Translations under genes and position numbers: made by a program | The notes under the pieces: model-generated | Told to the model about the DNA's origin: nothing | Database searches by the model: none | Seen by the model: only the letters and a program-made list of their open reading frames with translations | In this document: piece by piece, positions 53,524-64,000 of the stretch | How the letters are laid out: each line of letters begins with the position of its first letter | Numbering within the stretch: the stretch's first letter is position 1 | NCBI GenBank assembly: GCA_965153455.1 | Contig: OZ234493.1 | Location: 19,582,213 to 19,646,212, forward strand | From: Sphagnum compactum | Taxonomy: Eukaryota | Direction: 5' to 3' | Length of the DNA stretch: 64,000 bases

Positions 53524-53901
53524 GGCCCCCTTTACACTAGGAGTCAGGGCCAATGTTCAACCCAAATCCAGCATTTCCATTGGTGCAAAAGTTGAAATCA
53601 GCCCCAAGGGCTTTACACTAGGAGTCAAGGCTGAAATAGAAACAAAATCTTTTCAATCTGCCCCAAGTTACTAATAAATGCTGAACTCTATGGCCTTGTA
53701 TTGGCCCCAAGGCTGAAAAAAGAATACCGTCAAATTTAGGAGGCCAATTTGCAACCCTTGGGGCCAATGTTCCAGCATTTATTAATATCCTGACGTCAAT
53801 GTTCTAACCTTTATTAGTAACTTGGGGCCAATTTGCAACCCAAAAATGCTCAAAGTTGGCCCCAAGATTTTTTGGCCCTGACTCCTAGTTTAAAGCGGGC
53901 C
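53524..53901. mobile_element. 378-bp MITE, PIF/Harbinger (Tourist)-like
   Basis: 30-bp TIR GGCCC(C/G)CTTTA(C/A)ACTAGGAGTCAGGGCCAA at both ends; flanks TAA and TAT. Confidence 0.8.
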
Positions 53902-54559
53902 TATAATTTTATTTTCCTGGGCCACATACTGAGTACCTTTGGAGCTGCTCTTATAAACTCAGAGTGGATCCTATTTTCTGTAATGTTTTGAAACCAGAAC
54001 TGATCATTCTTTGATTCTGATTTTTTTCAAAGAACCAAATCTGATGGTTCTTAGATTCTAGAATACTTAAAAAACTACAACAATTGGTTCTTAAAATTTC
54101 AAAGAGCTGCACAACACTGATAAATATGGGAATCAGGATGCAAACATCAGAGGAGAGAATTGCTAGTCAACACCAATCTTCTAGACCCATTTCACTAACT
54201 CTGCACCCATGGACACCCTGAGGTCAACAAAACCTTTCACCAAGAGAACATTTTGAGTAGACAAGGGGAGGGTTGGAGGGATCATAGTACCTAAGCACTC
54301 AAAATTGTCTGAATAAGCATAATGAGTAAATTAAACTTTTCATTTTTCTACAATCATTTTTCCCTTAAAAAATGTAGATTTAAAATTCAAACCATTTAAA
54401 GTGATTTATAATTAATTATGAATTTATAAAGAATTGTGATAGGGGTATCTTGTATTGTCAATAGGCTCCCTTGTGAACAGTGGGTCTAATAGTTCAAATC
54501 CTCAAAAGATGGTGTTTAATATGATCAAAAAGGGATCCTGAAGCCACATGTGCTTTAAA

Positions 54560-55600
54560 TGGGTTGGATGTCAACATCCTATGAAGTTACTTTACACTAG
54601 ATATTTGTGCTTCATGCAAGTTTTAACTTTTTGGACCTATGAAATACTCAAATTGAATTAAGGGTAGTAAAGTATCTCATTGCATGGGATGTTCACCTTA
54701 ATTAATATGGTGGAGTTAACATTTGCATCAAAGGATGACCTTGTATATGTGTTTGTGCATGCAACATTAAGGAAAATAATAGTTGCACATGGGATATTCT
54801 CCTCTTATTTTAGGAATAGGTTAAAGGTTTGGAATGAATTATAAAGTTTGTAGCAACTTGTGTGATCCTAAGATTGGGTGGAGAGCTTGTTGTAAATGTG
54901 TTTTAATCATCTCTAGTCTTTCCCTGATCCATTGTCAATTGTTAACATGGTGTAAGAGCTTGGTTACTCTTGAAAAAAGGAGAATTTGAGTTGCATTTTG
55001 TAATTGTTCATTCAAAAGTTTTGGAGTTTTGAATTTTTTTTTGACATGTATTTAAACAAAATCATGACATTTAGGTTTGATTTCCAAAGTTTTAAGAAGT
55101 TTAATGATTATAATTTTCATACTTAAAACATGAAGATGGAGTTTCTTCAACATGAGAATAATTTGTGGAAGATCATTTCAACAGAGTTATTGTCAATAGA
55201 TATTGAATTTGAAAAATTTATTTGTGAATGAGGGATTTAGGACCATCATTTGTTCATGAAGAAAGACAAATTGTTTCATGGAGCAATATTCTTAAATGTT
55301 GTTGATTTTTTCTCATGTTTTCAAAACTGTAGCACATTCAAAAAATGCAGAAATGTTTCAAACAACATATGTGCAATATTTGAGAGATGACATGCTTGCA
55401 ATAGATTAAATTAGGTCAAGAACTCTACAATCTTAAGATGAAGGAAGAGACTTTGGTATGAGCTCACATCAATAAGCTTGCCCTGATTCCCAATTAGTTG
55501 AAAAACATTGATCATTTAATTTCTAATATGGTTTTAGCATTTTTTTTTTTAAAGAACTTGCCACCCTCTTTCCATACATGTCTTGATATTTTCACATAAT
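54560..55600 (+). mobile_element. Decayed Copia remnant (LTR end, PBS, gag)
   Basis: ...TTAACA followed by PBS-like TGGTGTAAGAGC (54948-54959). Broken gag frames: FNDYNFHT*NMKMEFL..NNLWKII, ELYNLKMKEETLV*AHINKL, KNLPPSF. Left limit uncertain. Confidence 0.55.
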
Positions 55601-56859
55601 ACACATATTGGTGAAATTTTATGAAGTTAATAGAAATATCCATAAAATGACCCCCTTTTGAGCCTTTCTTTCATTACAAATCCCTCTTTCAAACTTTAAC
55701 CATTATTATTCGCAAAGTAATGAAATTTAATTAAACATGGGTACAAAATGCTAGAATTCAAAATTAAATGCATGAGATTCAAGAATATTTATAGCTATAG
55801 TGCAAATAGCAATAGTAGTGATTGGTTGAACATAATCAAGAAAATAAGATAGGGTGAAACTTGGTCAAAACTTAGATTTCACCAAATTTGATGTTAATTT
55901 AAGTTTTCATCTTTGTTTAAGCCTAATGTATTTTTGTTCATTTAAAAAAAGAAGACTCACTACATTTATGACCAAATAGGCTATTTTTTAGAAATATAAA
56001 ATGTTAAAAATTGTTGCAACAAAAGTCTCCACAAAGAGTCTTCAAGTAGAACTAATGGGGGCTTGGTCCATTTTTCAATGTGTGACAACTTTGGTCAAAT
56101 GTGAATTAAAGGTTAACACAATTATGGAAATGGATGTCCTTGGTGATGTCCGGACTAGGAAAGGACATTAATATTTATACATAAAAATTAATGTCTTTTT
56201 TTTGGGTGTTTGTATCAATGTGTTTTGTAATGTTTTGGAAAAAATGACATTTGGCTATTGATTTAGCCCTTGTGGTGCTAAACTAGCCACTGCTTGGAAT
56301 AAGATGGAAATCTAGCTAGTTATAAGATTTTTGGCAAGTTTTGCCAATTTTTAAAAAATGAAATTTAAGCAACTTTTTAGTGAACTATGGAGATTTTTAA
56401 GTTTAATTTCAATTTCCATAGGCTCAAACTTCAACAATTAGCCAAACCGACAACAAAAACAAAGACCATGTAAAGAGAATTCAAAAAACATACAACTTTG
56501 AATCTTGAACATAACCACATTGCTCAAAATTCACTATAACAAACTAGTGACTTATGAGGGAATTGAACTGTTTAAATTGCCCATTGTAGCATAAATGGCC
56601 TACAAAACAATGTTAATTAAACACAACATAAAGTCACATTAGAATCATCTCATGAAGACATAAGAATAAACATAAATTTGGAAAAAAAGAATGAGTCGTA
56701 AACAAAAAATGGTATCCATGTGGGATTCACCAACTTCATTTACTAGCAAACAATTACAACTTGCAAGGCAAGTAAAACCCAAGGATAATACCAACTTCAA
56801 CATAAAAAATTGTTGAGTTCAAGTGAGACTCAAGTCCTTTAAACCTAGCTCCCACACTA

Positions 56860-59080
56860 TATCAAGGATGTTTTGCACACCACTGTTCATATGTTTTGCA
56901 TATGGAAAATCATGCAAGGTGCAAAATTTCTAAGTGAACATTCTAACCATTAAACCAAGTTTGTAGTAAGTTGATTGCGCAACTTGGATTTAATGCTAAA
57001 GAGTTCAAGCATTATACCAAGGACTTATACCATGGCAATCTTAGCCAACTAGAAATACTATGGAAATGAATAAATAAACATTTTGGATGTTGAAAGAATT
57101 CGTCAAATATGTGTAAGTGGATTCACATCAAGCAACTTAACCATGGTAGCACATGCATTTCATTTCATGGCCAAATTGAACACAAATTGTTGAATGTCAA
57201 GGGAAGCTATTGATAACACTTTAAGGTCCCATACATCACCTGTTGCCCAATTTCTTGGGGTGGCAAAAGGAAACCTTAATATCACAACTAAATGTTTGCT
57301 AAAGCTTTTTTCCACATCAGATTATAGCCAATATTGTTGATACATCATAACCAAACTATCCATGATGCCACAAACAGGGAATCTGATTTACAACTCCTCA
57401 ACAAGGCATTTGGCAATTGCTACAACCCACATCCAATTTGTTGATTCAATTCAATTGAAAAGAAAATGGAAAAAATCAAAACTCATGAAGTAAAACACGA
57501 AGTGGGTTAAGGTTTAGGGTTTAACTTGAACATTTTGCCTCCATTTAGGTGATAGCTATAACATAGACTTCCCTTGTCACATAAGAAACTTCACAAGTTT
57601 GCATATTAAATCAAATAGCCCAAATGTGTTGTTAGTTAACATCAAATACAAAATGTTCCATTCTAGTGTTCAAATTTGTTATCAATGCATGATTATTGAA
57701 TCATGTTTAACACACAACAAAGATTTATAAGCTTCCAATCCATCATATTGAACTTCATATTCAAGTCTGTGTAAAATTCATATATCTCCCCTTGGCACAC
57801 TTTTGTTGCTACCACAAAATCATAGATGAAAACATCCCATAATTGATTGAATTTCATTAGGTTATGAACATACTACAATAATGGGAGAACTGTAGCAAGC
57901 CCCAATAAAATCTACACATCACAAAAAGATATCAAAATTCACCTTTGCCTATTCATTAGTAGGACCATCAAAGGTCATCTTCATTAGTAATGTTTTGTAT
58001 TTTTCCATAACACGTCAAGCAGGGGACAACATAAATGTCTAGCGAGTTTTCACATTTTTCAAAATCTTCGTCCCCATCAACTCTGCCAATTTCATAAATT
58101 CCAAATGCCTTTTAGGACTTTTTGAAAAATTATTGCACAAGGGTTGAAGCAAAATTTCAATTCTATTCACCATTTGCAAATATGACAAAGTCTAAATAGC
58201 AAGGTTAGTTCTATGAGCCATACAATGAACCCCATGGAATGAGGAGCCCAACCATTAGCAATTTGTTTTATAACACCTAACCTAGTGCCTTGGAAAACAA
58301 AAACCCCATCCACACCAAAGGTCATGAACCTTTTACCAATCAAGTATTTTGTGAGACCTCTTTCATGCAATGAGGCTTGCATCAGGACTTGAATCAGATT
58401 ATTAATACCTGATCCTACCACCACACGTTTTAGGGGAAAGGAGGATTGGTATTTTCAATCAATTTTGAACCACATATGCATGAATTGACAACCAACTCTA
58501 GTTGTCAATGGTACTAACTTCATCAGAGGTAAATGATAAATAATTAGTTGTTTCAACAATAGATTTTGTTATCTCCAAAACAATGCCATGCATATGTTGA
58601 GCCATAGCCTAACATGTTGTGTCTATCCAATGCATTTTGGGGTTTTCTTCAAAAATCAAAAAATCAAATAAGTCTTTGTGAGCTTCATATTCAAGCATAG
58701 GCCTACCATGCTTTAATGTGTGGAACAATGTGGCAAATTGAACCAATTTTCTATGTTTCTCACAATCCAACCCATTAGTCACTTGTTGCAAAACAAATTC
58801 CTTACCTTTGAAAGCATAAGTAGCTTCATTTTTACTATGCTTATAATCCTTATTAATATACCACTCACCTTTTTTCACCCCTTTCATAGGTTTATCAGCC
58901 TTCCTTCTACCGGGATGTTTTTGAAATGTTTAATCCCATTTGGGAGCCAATAATTTATCTTTATGCTCAACCTTTAAGCAAAATTTTCATTTCATTATAT
59001 GCACACAACCTTTGAACCCCACTTGCAATTCAACCCAAGGCAACTTGGTTACCATTGAAACCTAAAATTTCTTTTGATTC
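56860..59080 (-). pseudogene. Decayed hAT-superfamily transposase
   Basis: Minus-strand motifs in order: HGRPMLEYE, SDEVSTIDN*SWLSIHAYVV, FGVDGVFVFQG, HCMAHRTNL (frameshifted), VKTR*, and dimerisation-like IKSKLRNQLTT. Confidence 0.75.
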
Positions 59081-60610
59081 TTAAGCCTTTGTTTTATTAA
59101 CCTTTGGTGGTGACATTGAAATCTAATCTAAACCCTCTTATAATTTTGGATAATCAATGCTAAGAGTAGTTATAGGAAAAATGATGCACTTAAACATATC
59201 GTAAGAATTTTAGTAGCAAGTTATATACCTTCCAAAATAGCAAGTTCATAGAAAGATTGATGTTGACCCTTACTACTGGAAGCCACATCACATGTTGGAA
59301 GAAGGGTGCCATTGCTAGGGTTGCAGGAGTTGTAGAAGTATTTGAATTTGAAGTTTGGGGGCAATTTAAAAGGTGGCATCTTCAAATAAAGTTGAAAGAA
59401 AAAAATAGCAATTAAATACAAGCTCTGTACAAGCACAAATGTGCACAACATTGAACCCATGAAAGCTAAAGGAAACCCCACACAACTATAATTGACAAGT
59501 TGATGACACACAAAGATCTATAGGTGGCCAAAACAAAGTAAATAAACTTTGAAATATGTTCAAGCTTTATAAATTAGAAATGTTCAAACACACAATAAAA
59601 TGCAAACTAGGATTAGTGCATTGTGCATTTTGTATAATCATGAATGCAACTTACACCATATGGAAAGGTTGGAAACTTGGAATTGTCGTGGACTATTGTA
59701 GTATACATACCTAAATAAAAATGTTGCAAAATGTTTGTAGCCATAATGATATCGATGGAACTTGGGGAATTGGGATTTTGATTTGATTTCAAGCTCCAAC
59801 ATCAAAGTTCCAATGCAAATTACAAATGCATTTCGATTCGCCCATGATCTAGTGTACTTCACACCCACAATTTTGATCATTCCAAAGTCCAAGACAAAGA
59901 TCTTGATATTTGAAATAAATTGCCATGCTTAATGTTCAATGGTCAAAAGAAATCAATGCACATACATGATAAAATTCATAATCAATAAACTCCATATTCA
60001 CATTTATCTTTGAAGAATGGAAAAGTGAACCTTGAAATTTGAAAGAATAAAAATCAGGCAACAAGCTACCACCTTCTAGGACCTAGGAGGCCAATAAAAC
60101 CCAAAAAATTAAAAAAACAAAGTTAAAGTTGTAATTTGTAAACGATTTGCAAGCTCAAAGCCTTTTGGGTTTCCAATTCTATATTCTGTATTTGTCATTC
60201 TAGAATCCATACAGTGGCCACTGGCAATGTAAACAAACACGAAAGAGTAAGAATGGTGAAGGGTTTTGTGTGGAAGAAAGAAGGTTTGGTGAACAACCAA
60301 AATGCAAATGGAAAAAGTGGAAAAATCCAACAATCTACATAGCTAGGTAAACAACTTAGGGTTTTATTTGGAGGTGGTTTGGTGATTTGTCGACGTTGTT
60401 CCATTGCTAATCTGGTGAAAGTTTTCATAAATGAATAGATTTTTAGGCAACCTTTTAGCATGTCATGATGTTTTTAGGCAAAAAATGCTAGATTTCACCT
60501 TTAAAATCTAAGCTTACATGTGTCTAGCCCAATTTTCTTTGAGAAATTTGGCAGTTTTTTACCCCGAAAAAAACACTAGTTTGGATGTGACCAAGGTTTT
60601 TTTTAAGGAT

Positions 60611-63600
60611 CACTATAAGAATTCCTACTTTTCCAAATTAACCAATTTGACTAAATGGGTCTTTTAAACTAGAGGACATGGTTTTTTGAATATAAGCCAA
60701 AGGCTTGAATGACAATGGGTATCTTTTGATTAGTCAATTTACTAGATTGACTGATTTGACAATTATTCAAATTGGGCATTTAGTCAAATTGGACTTAAAA
60801 ATACCACTTAGTCAAATTGGTTAGTGGCCTAATCAATAAGACCACCCAATCTAATCAAATTGGCAAATGCTCTAGTCAATAAGGACACTTAGTATACTCA
60901 ATCAATAGGGCTAACTAAGTAGGTTTAGTCAAAGTGGCCAATGGCTTAGTTAAAAGAGCTAATTATAAATTCTAATATTGGTTGGGTATTTTGGGACTAC
61001 ATTTAACATTTTGACTATGTTTGACCAATTAGAAAAAAATTGGAAAGTACACAAGTTAACTAATCAAAACTAAATGAATCATGAAAAGTTTAATTATGAT
61101 TAAATTTATTATATATATATGGTTTATTTAATTATGGTTAAATTGACTATATTGAAATTAATTATGGTTCAGCTACCTAAGAAAAACTAATTAAAATTAA
61201 AACTAACCATAACTAATCTAACCATGGTCAATTTAGTCATGTTCAATTAACCATAGTTTGTTTAGTTGTATATGTTTTAACCATGTTTAGTTTACCCATA
61301 TTAATTTAACCATGATTAATTTATCCATAATTAATTATTCCATCATTTTTTTGGCCATATTTAGTTTCAATATGGTTAGTTTAGCCATAAGTAATTTAAC
61401 AATTATAAATAGTTTAACCATGGTCAATTTAACAATAGTTCGTTTAACCTTAGTAAATTTAACCATGATAATTAATTTAACATAATAAATTTAACCATTA
61501 GTAATTGGGCCATAATGAATTTAACCATGGTTACTATAAACATAATTAAATTAACTATATTTATTTTTAACATATTATTATTTTACCTTAATAAATTTAA
61601 CCATAATCAATAGACCCGTAATTAATTTAAAACTATTGTTAATTTAATCATGGTTGGTTTTGCCATAAAATATTTATTAATTAGTTACTTTAACCATATT
61701 AACTTTATTAGTGGTTACTTCAGCCAAACTTATTTACTCATGTTTAGTTTAACCATTTCTAATTTAGCCATGTTTAAAGTTGTCATAATTATTTTAATTA
61801 TTTTGATTTTAGCCATAATTATTTAATTCATGTTTATTTTAATTATAGTTTATTTTTTCATAATTGGTTTTTGCCATAACATATTTATTGATTAGTTAAT
61901 TTAGCCATATTAATTTTATTATTGGTTACTTTAGCCAAATTCATTTACTCATGGTTAGTTTAACCATTTTTAGTTTAACCATGTCTAATTTTGTCATAAT
62001 TATTTTAATCATTTTGATTTTAACCATAATTATTTCATTCATTTTTATTTTAGTCATAATTAAATTTTTCATAATTTTTTTTCCTTAAAACATTTATTGA
62101 TTACTTAATTCAGCCATATTAACTTTATTAGTGGTCAGTTTAACCAATTTTTTTATTCATGGTTAATTTAACCATTTTTAGTTTAGCCATGCTTAATTTT
62201 GCCATGAATATTTTAACCACAATTATTTCATTCATGTTTATATTAGCCATAATTAATTTTTGCATAATTGGTTTTTCCATAAACTATTTATTCAATATGT
62301 AATTTAGCAATATTAACTTTATTAGTTGTTAATTTAGTGAATTTATGTATTCATAGTTAGTTTAACCATTTCTAATTTAACAATGTTTAATTTTGCCATA
62401 GTTATTTTAATCATTTTTGTTTTAACCATAATTATTTTATTAGTCGTTAGTTTAGCCAAATTTATTTACTCATGGTTAGTTTAACCATTTAAAGTTTAGC
62501 CATGTTTTAATTTTTCCATAAATATTTTAACCATTTTGATTTTAACCATAATTTTTTCATTCATATTTATTTTAGCCATAATTAATTTTTTCATAATTTG
62601 TTTTGCCATAAAATATTTATTCATTAGTTAGTTTAGCCATATGAACTTTATTAATGTTTAGTTTAACCAAAGTTGTTAACTTGTAGTTAGTTTAACCATT
62701 TCTAATTTACTGATGTTGAATTTTGCCATATTTATTTCATTCATGTTTATTTTAGTCATAAATAATTTTTGCATAATTAGTTTTGCCATAAAATATTTAT
62801 TCATTAGTTAGTTTAGACATATTAACTTTATAAGTGATTAGTTTGACCAAATTTATCTACTCATTGTTAGTTTAACCATTGTTAATTTTGCCATAAATAT
62901 TTTAGTTGTGTGAACATGAAAATGTTTCTCCCTCCCAAAAGTTTGTCCCATATTGTTTGTCATCCTTTCCAAATGATGAACAATATAAATAGATGCACCA
63001 TAAGCATCCAAAACATAAGAAATATTTTAAAAAGAAAGGCCACACTTGGGATGAGCCAATTGAAAGGGCTCAACCTTGAAGGCCAAATTCAAAATGAAAT
63101 AGGGTTTTCCTACTTAGGTCGTGTAAGTGGTGTACATTGAGCCTAGTACAAGTCATAGCTTATGTTGCCCTAGCCTATTTTAGGCTTTTATGCCTAGTTG
63201 ATAGCTATAGGTTCCTAGGCCTAGGAGTTTAGGTTGTAGGTTCCTAAACATAGGGACCTTAGGAGTAGGTATCTAATTTTAGGTTTAACTTAGGTTGCTT
63301 AGGTTCTATCCATGTGACATAGCTTAATGGCCAATGTTTAAATGTCACGTGGCATAATTTAGGTGGTCAATGTTTAGATGCCATGTGGCTTAACTTGGAT
63401 GGACACTGTTTAAATGCCACATGGCATTTGCCTAGTCAAAATGCTGTTTGACTGGTCAAATAATCATTTGACTATTATATTGACCAGTCAAAAGTACTAG
63501 TCGAAATGACTAGTAAAAAATGCCAACTTAGCCTTGGTTAAAAAATACATGGCCCAGTCACAATGGACGAGTTCAAAACGACTTGTCCAAAATGAATGAG

Positions 63601-63679
63601 AGATTTTTTTTACGCCTGTCCAAAATGGGTCTTTTTTTATCAAAATTTCTAATCAAAAAAATTAGGAATTCTAGTAGTG
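60611..63679. mobile_element. Non-autonomous CACTA element (~3.1 kb)
   Basis: CACTATAAGAATTCCTA (60611) versus reverse complement CACTACTAGAATTCCTA (63663-63679); 3-bp flanks GAT/AAT; TTGAC/GTCAA subterminal repeats at both ends. Confidence 0.8.
61100..62905 (+). repeat. AT-rich satellite: ~20-bp TTA(A/G)CCAT monomers forming a ~180-210 bp higher-order repeat
   Basis: Anchor TT(G/C)CATAAAATATTTATT-like at ~61660, 61871, 62081, 62275, 62603, 62783. Confidence 0.85.
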
Positions 63680-64000
63680 AATTTTGTGATGTAGCCAAAG
63701 TTGCAATCATTTAGAAAATAATTAAGCTAAATTTGGCTAAATAATTGTTATGAAGGTAGAAAAAAAAAATCTTTCTATATTCTTGGCTGTAAGAATATGG
63801 AAACCCTTCTAGAAGTGATCATAAGACTTTGGTAATTTGAAATTTTTTAAAAATTAAAATCTGGTGGATTTGGGCCATTTTCTCGATTAAAAAAAAACAT
63901 TTGTATAGGTTGAAATTATATTTTTCAAGTTGAAATTTGAATAAAATTTGCCAATTAAAGAAACATTAGATGTGACCACAATGCACCTTCACAAACCATG

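Larger units (their letters stand above)
60592..63968. mobile_element. hAT-type MITE split by a CACTA insertion
   Basis: 8-bp TSD GATGTGAC at 60584-60591 and 63969-63976; ends CAAGGTTTTTTT and AAACATTA; body is the dispersed GCCAAAG/TTGGCTA repeat. Confidence 0.65.

Overview
Eukaryotic, AT-rich, repeat-dense land-plant genomic DNA with spliceosomal introns. A bryophyte such as Sphagnum is my inference from gene content and repeat style. Host genes, all on +: a 4-exon YbhB/YbcL-type PEBP gene (3341-5070), an intron-containing histone H3.3 gene (9992-10855), a single-exon divergent AP2/ERF gene (17298-19262) and an orphan ORF (50594-51202). The rest is mostly transposons: a complete ~15.2 kb Mutator-like element (22208-37371) with TIRs and target-site duplication, a solo LTR, LINE/Copia/hAT remnants, MITEs and a CACTA element nested in a hAT MITE. 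Two observations stand out. (1) The MULE carries a decayed SWIM transposase plus a convergent 3-exon C2H2 zinc-finger gene, and its non-coding parts are loaded with one 9-mer (GGTATTGCA) held in several different tandem arrays, an architecture reminiscent of the VANDAL/VANC anti-silencing system. (2) The H3.3 3'UTR has an animal/algal-type histone stem-loop directly behind an AATAAA. All coordinates and alignments were read by eye; no searches were run.
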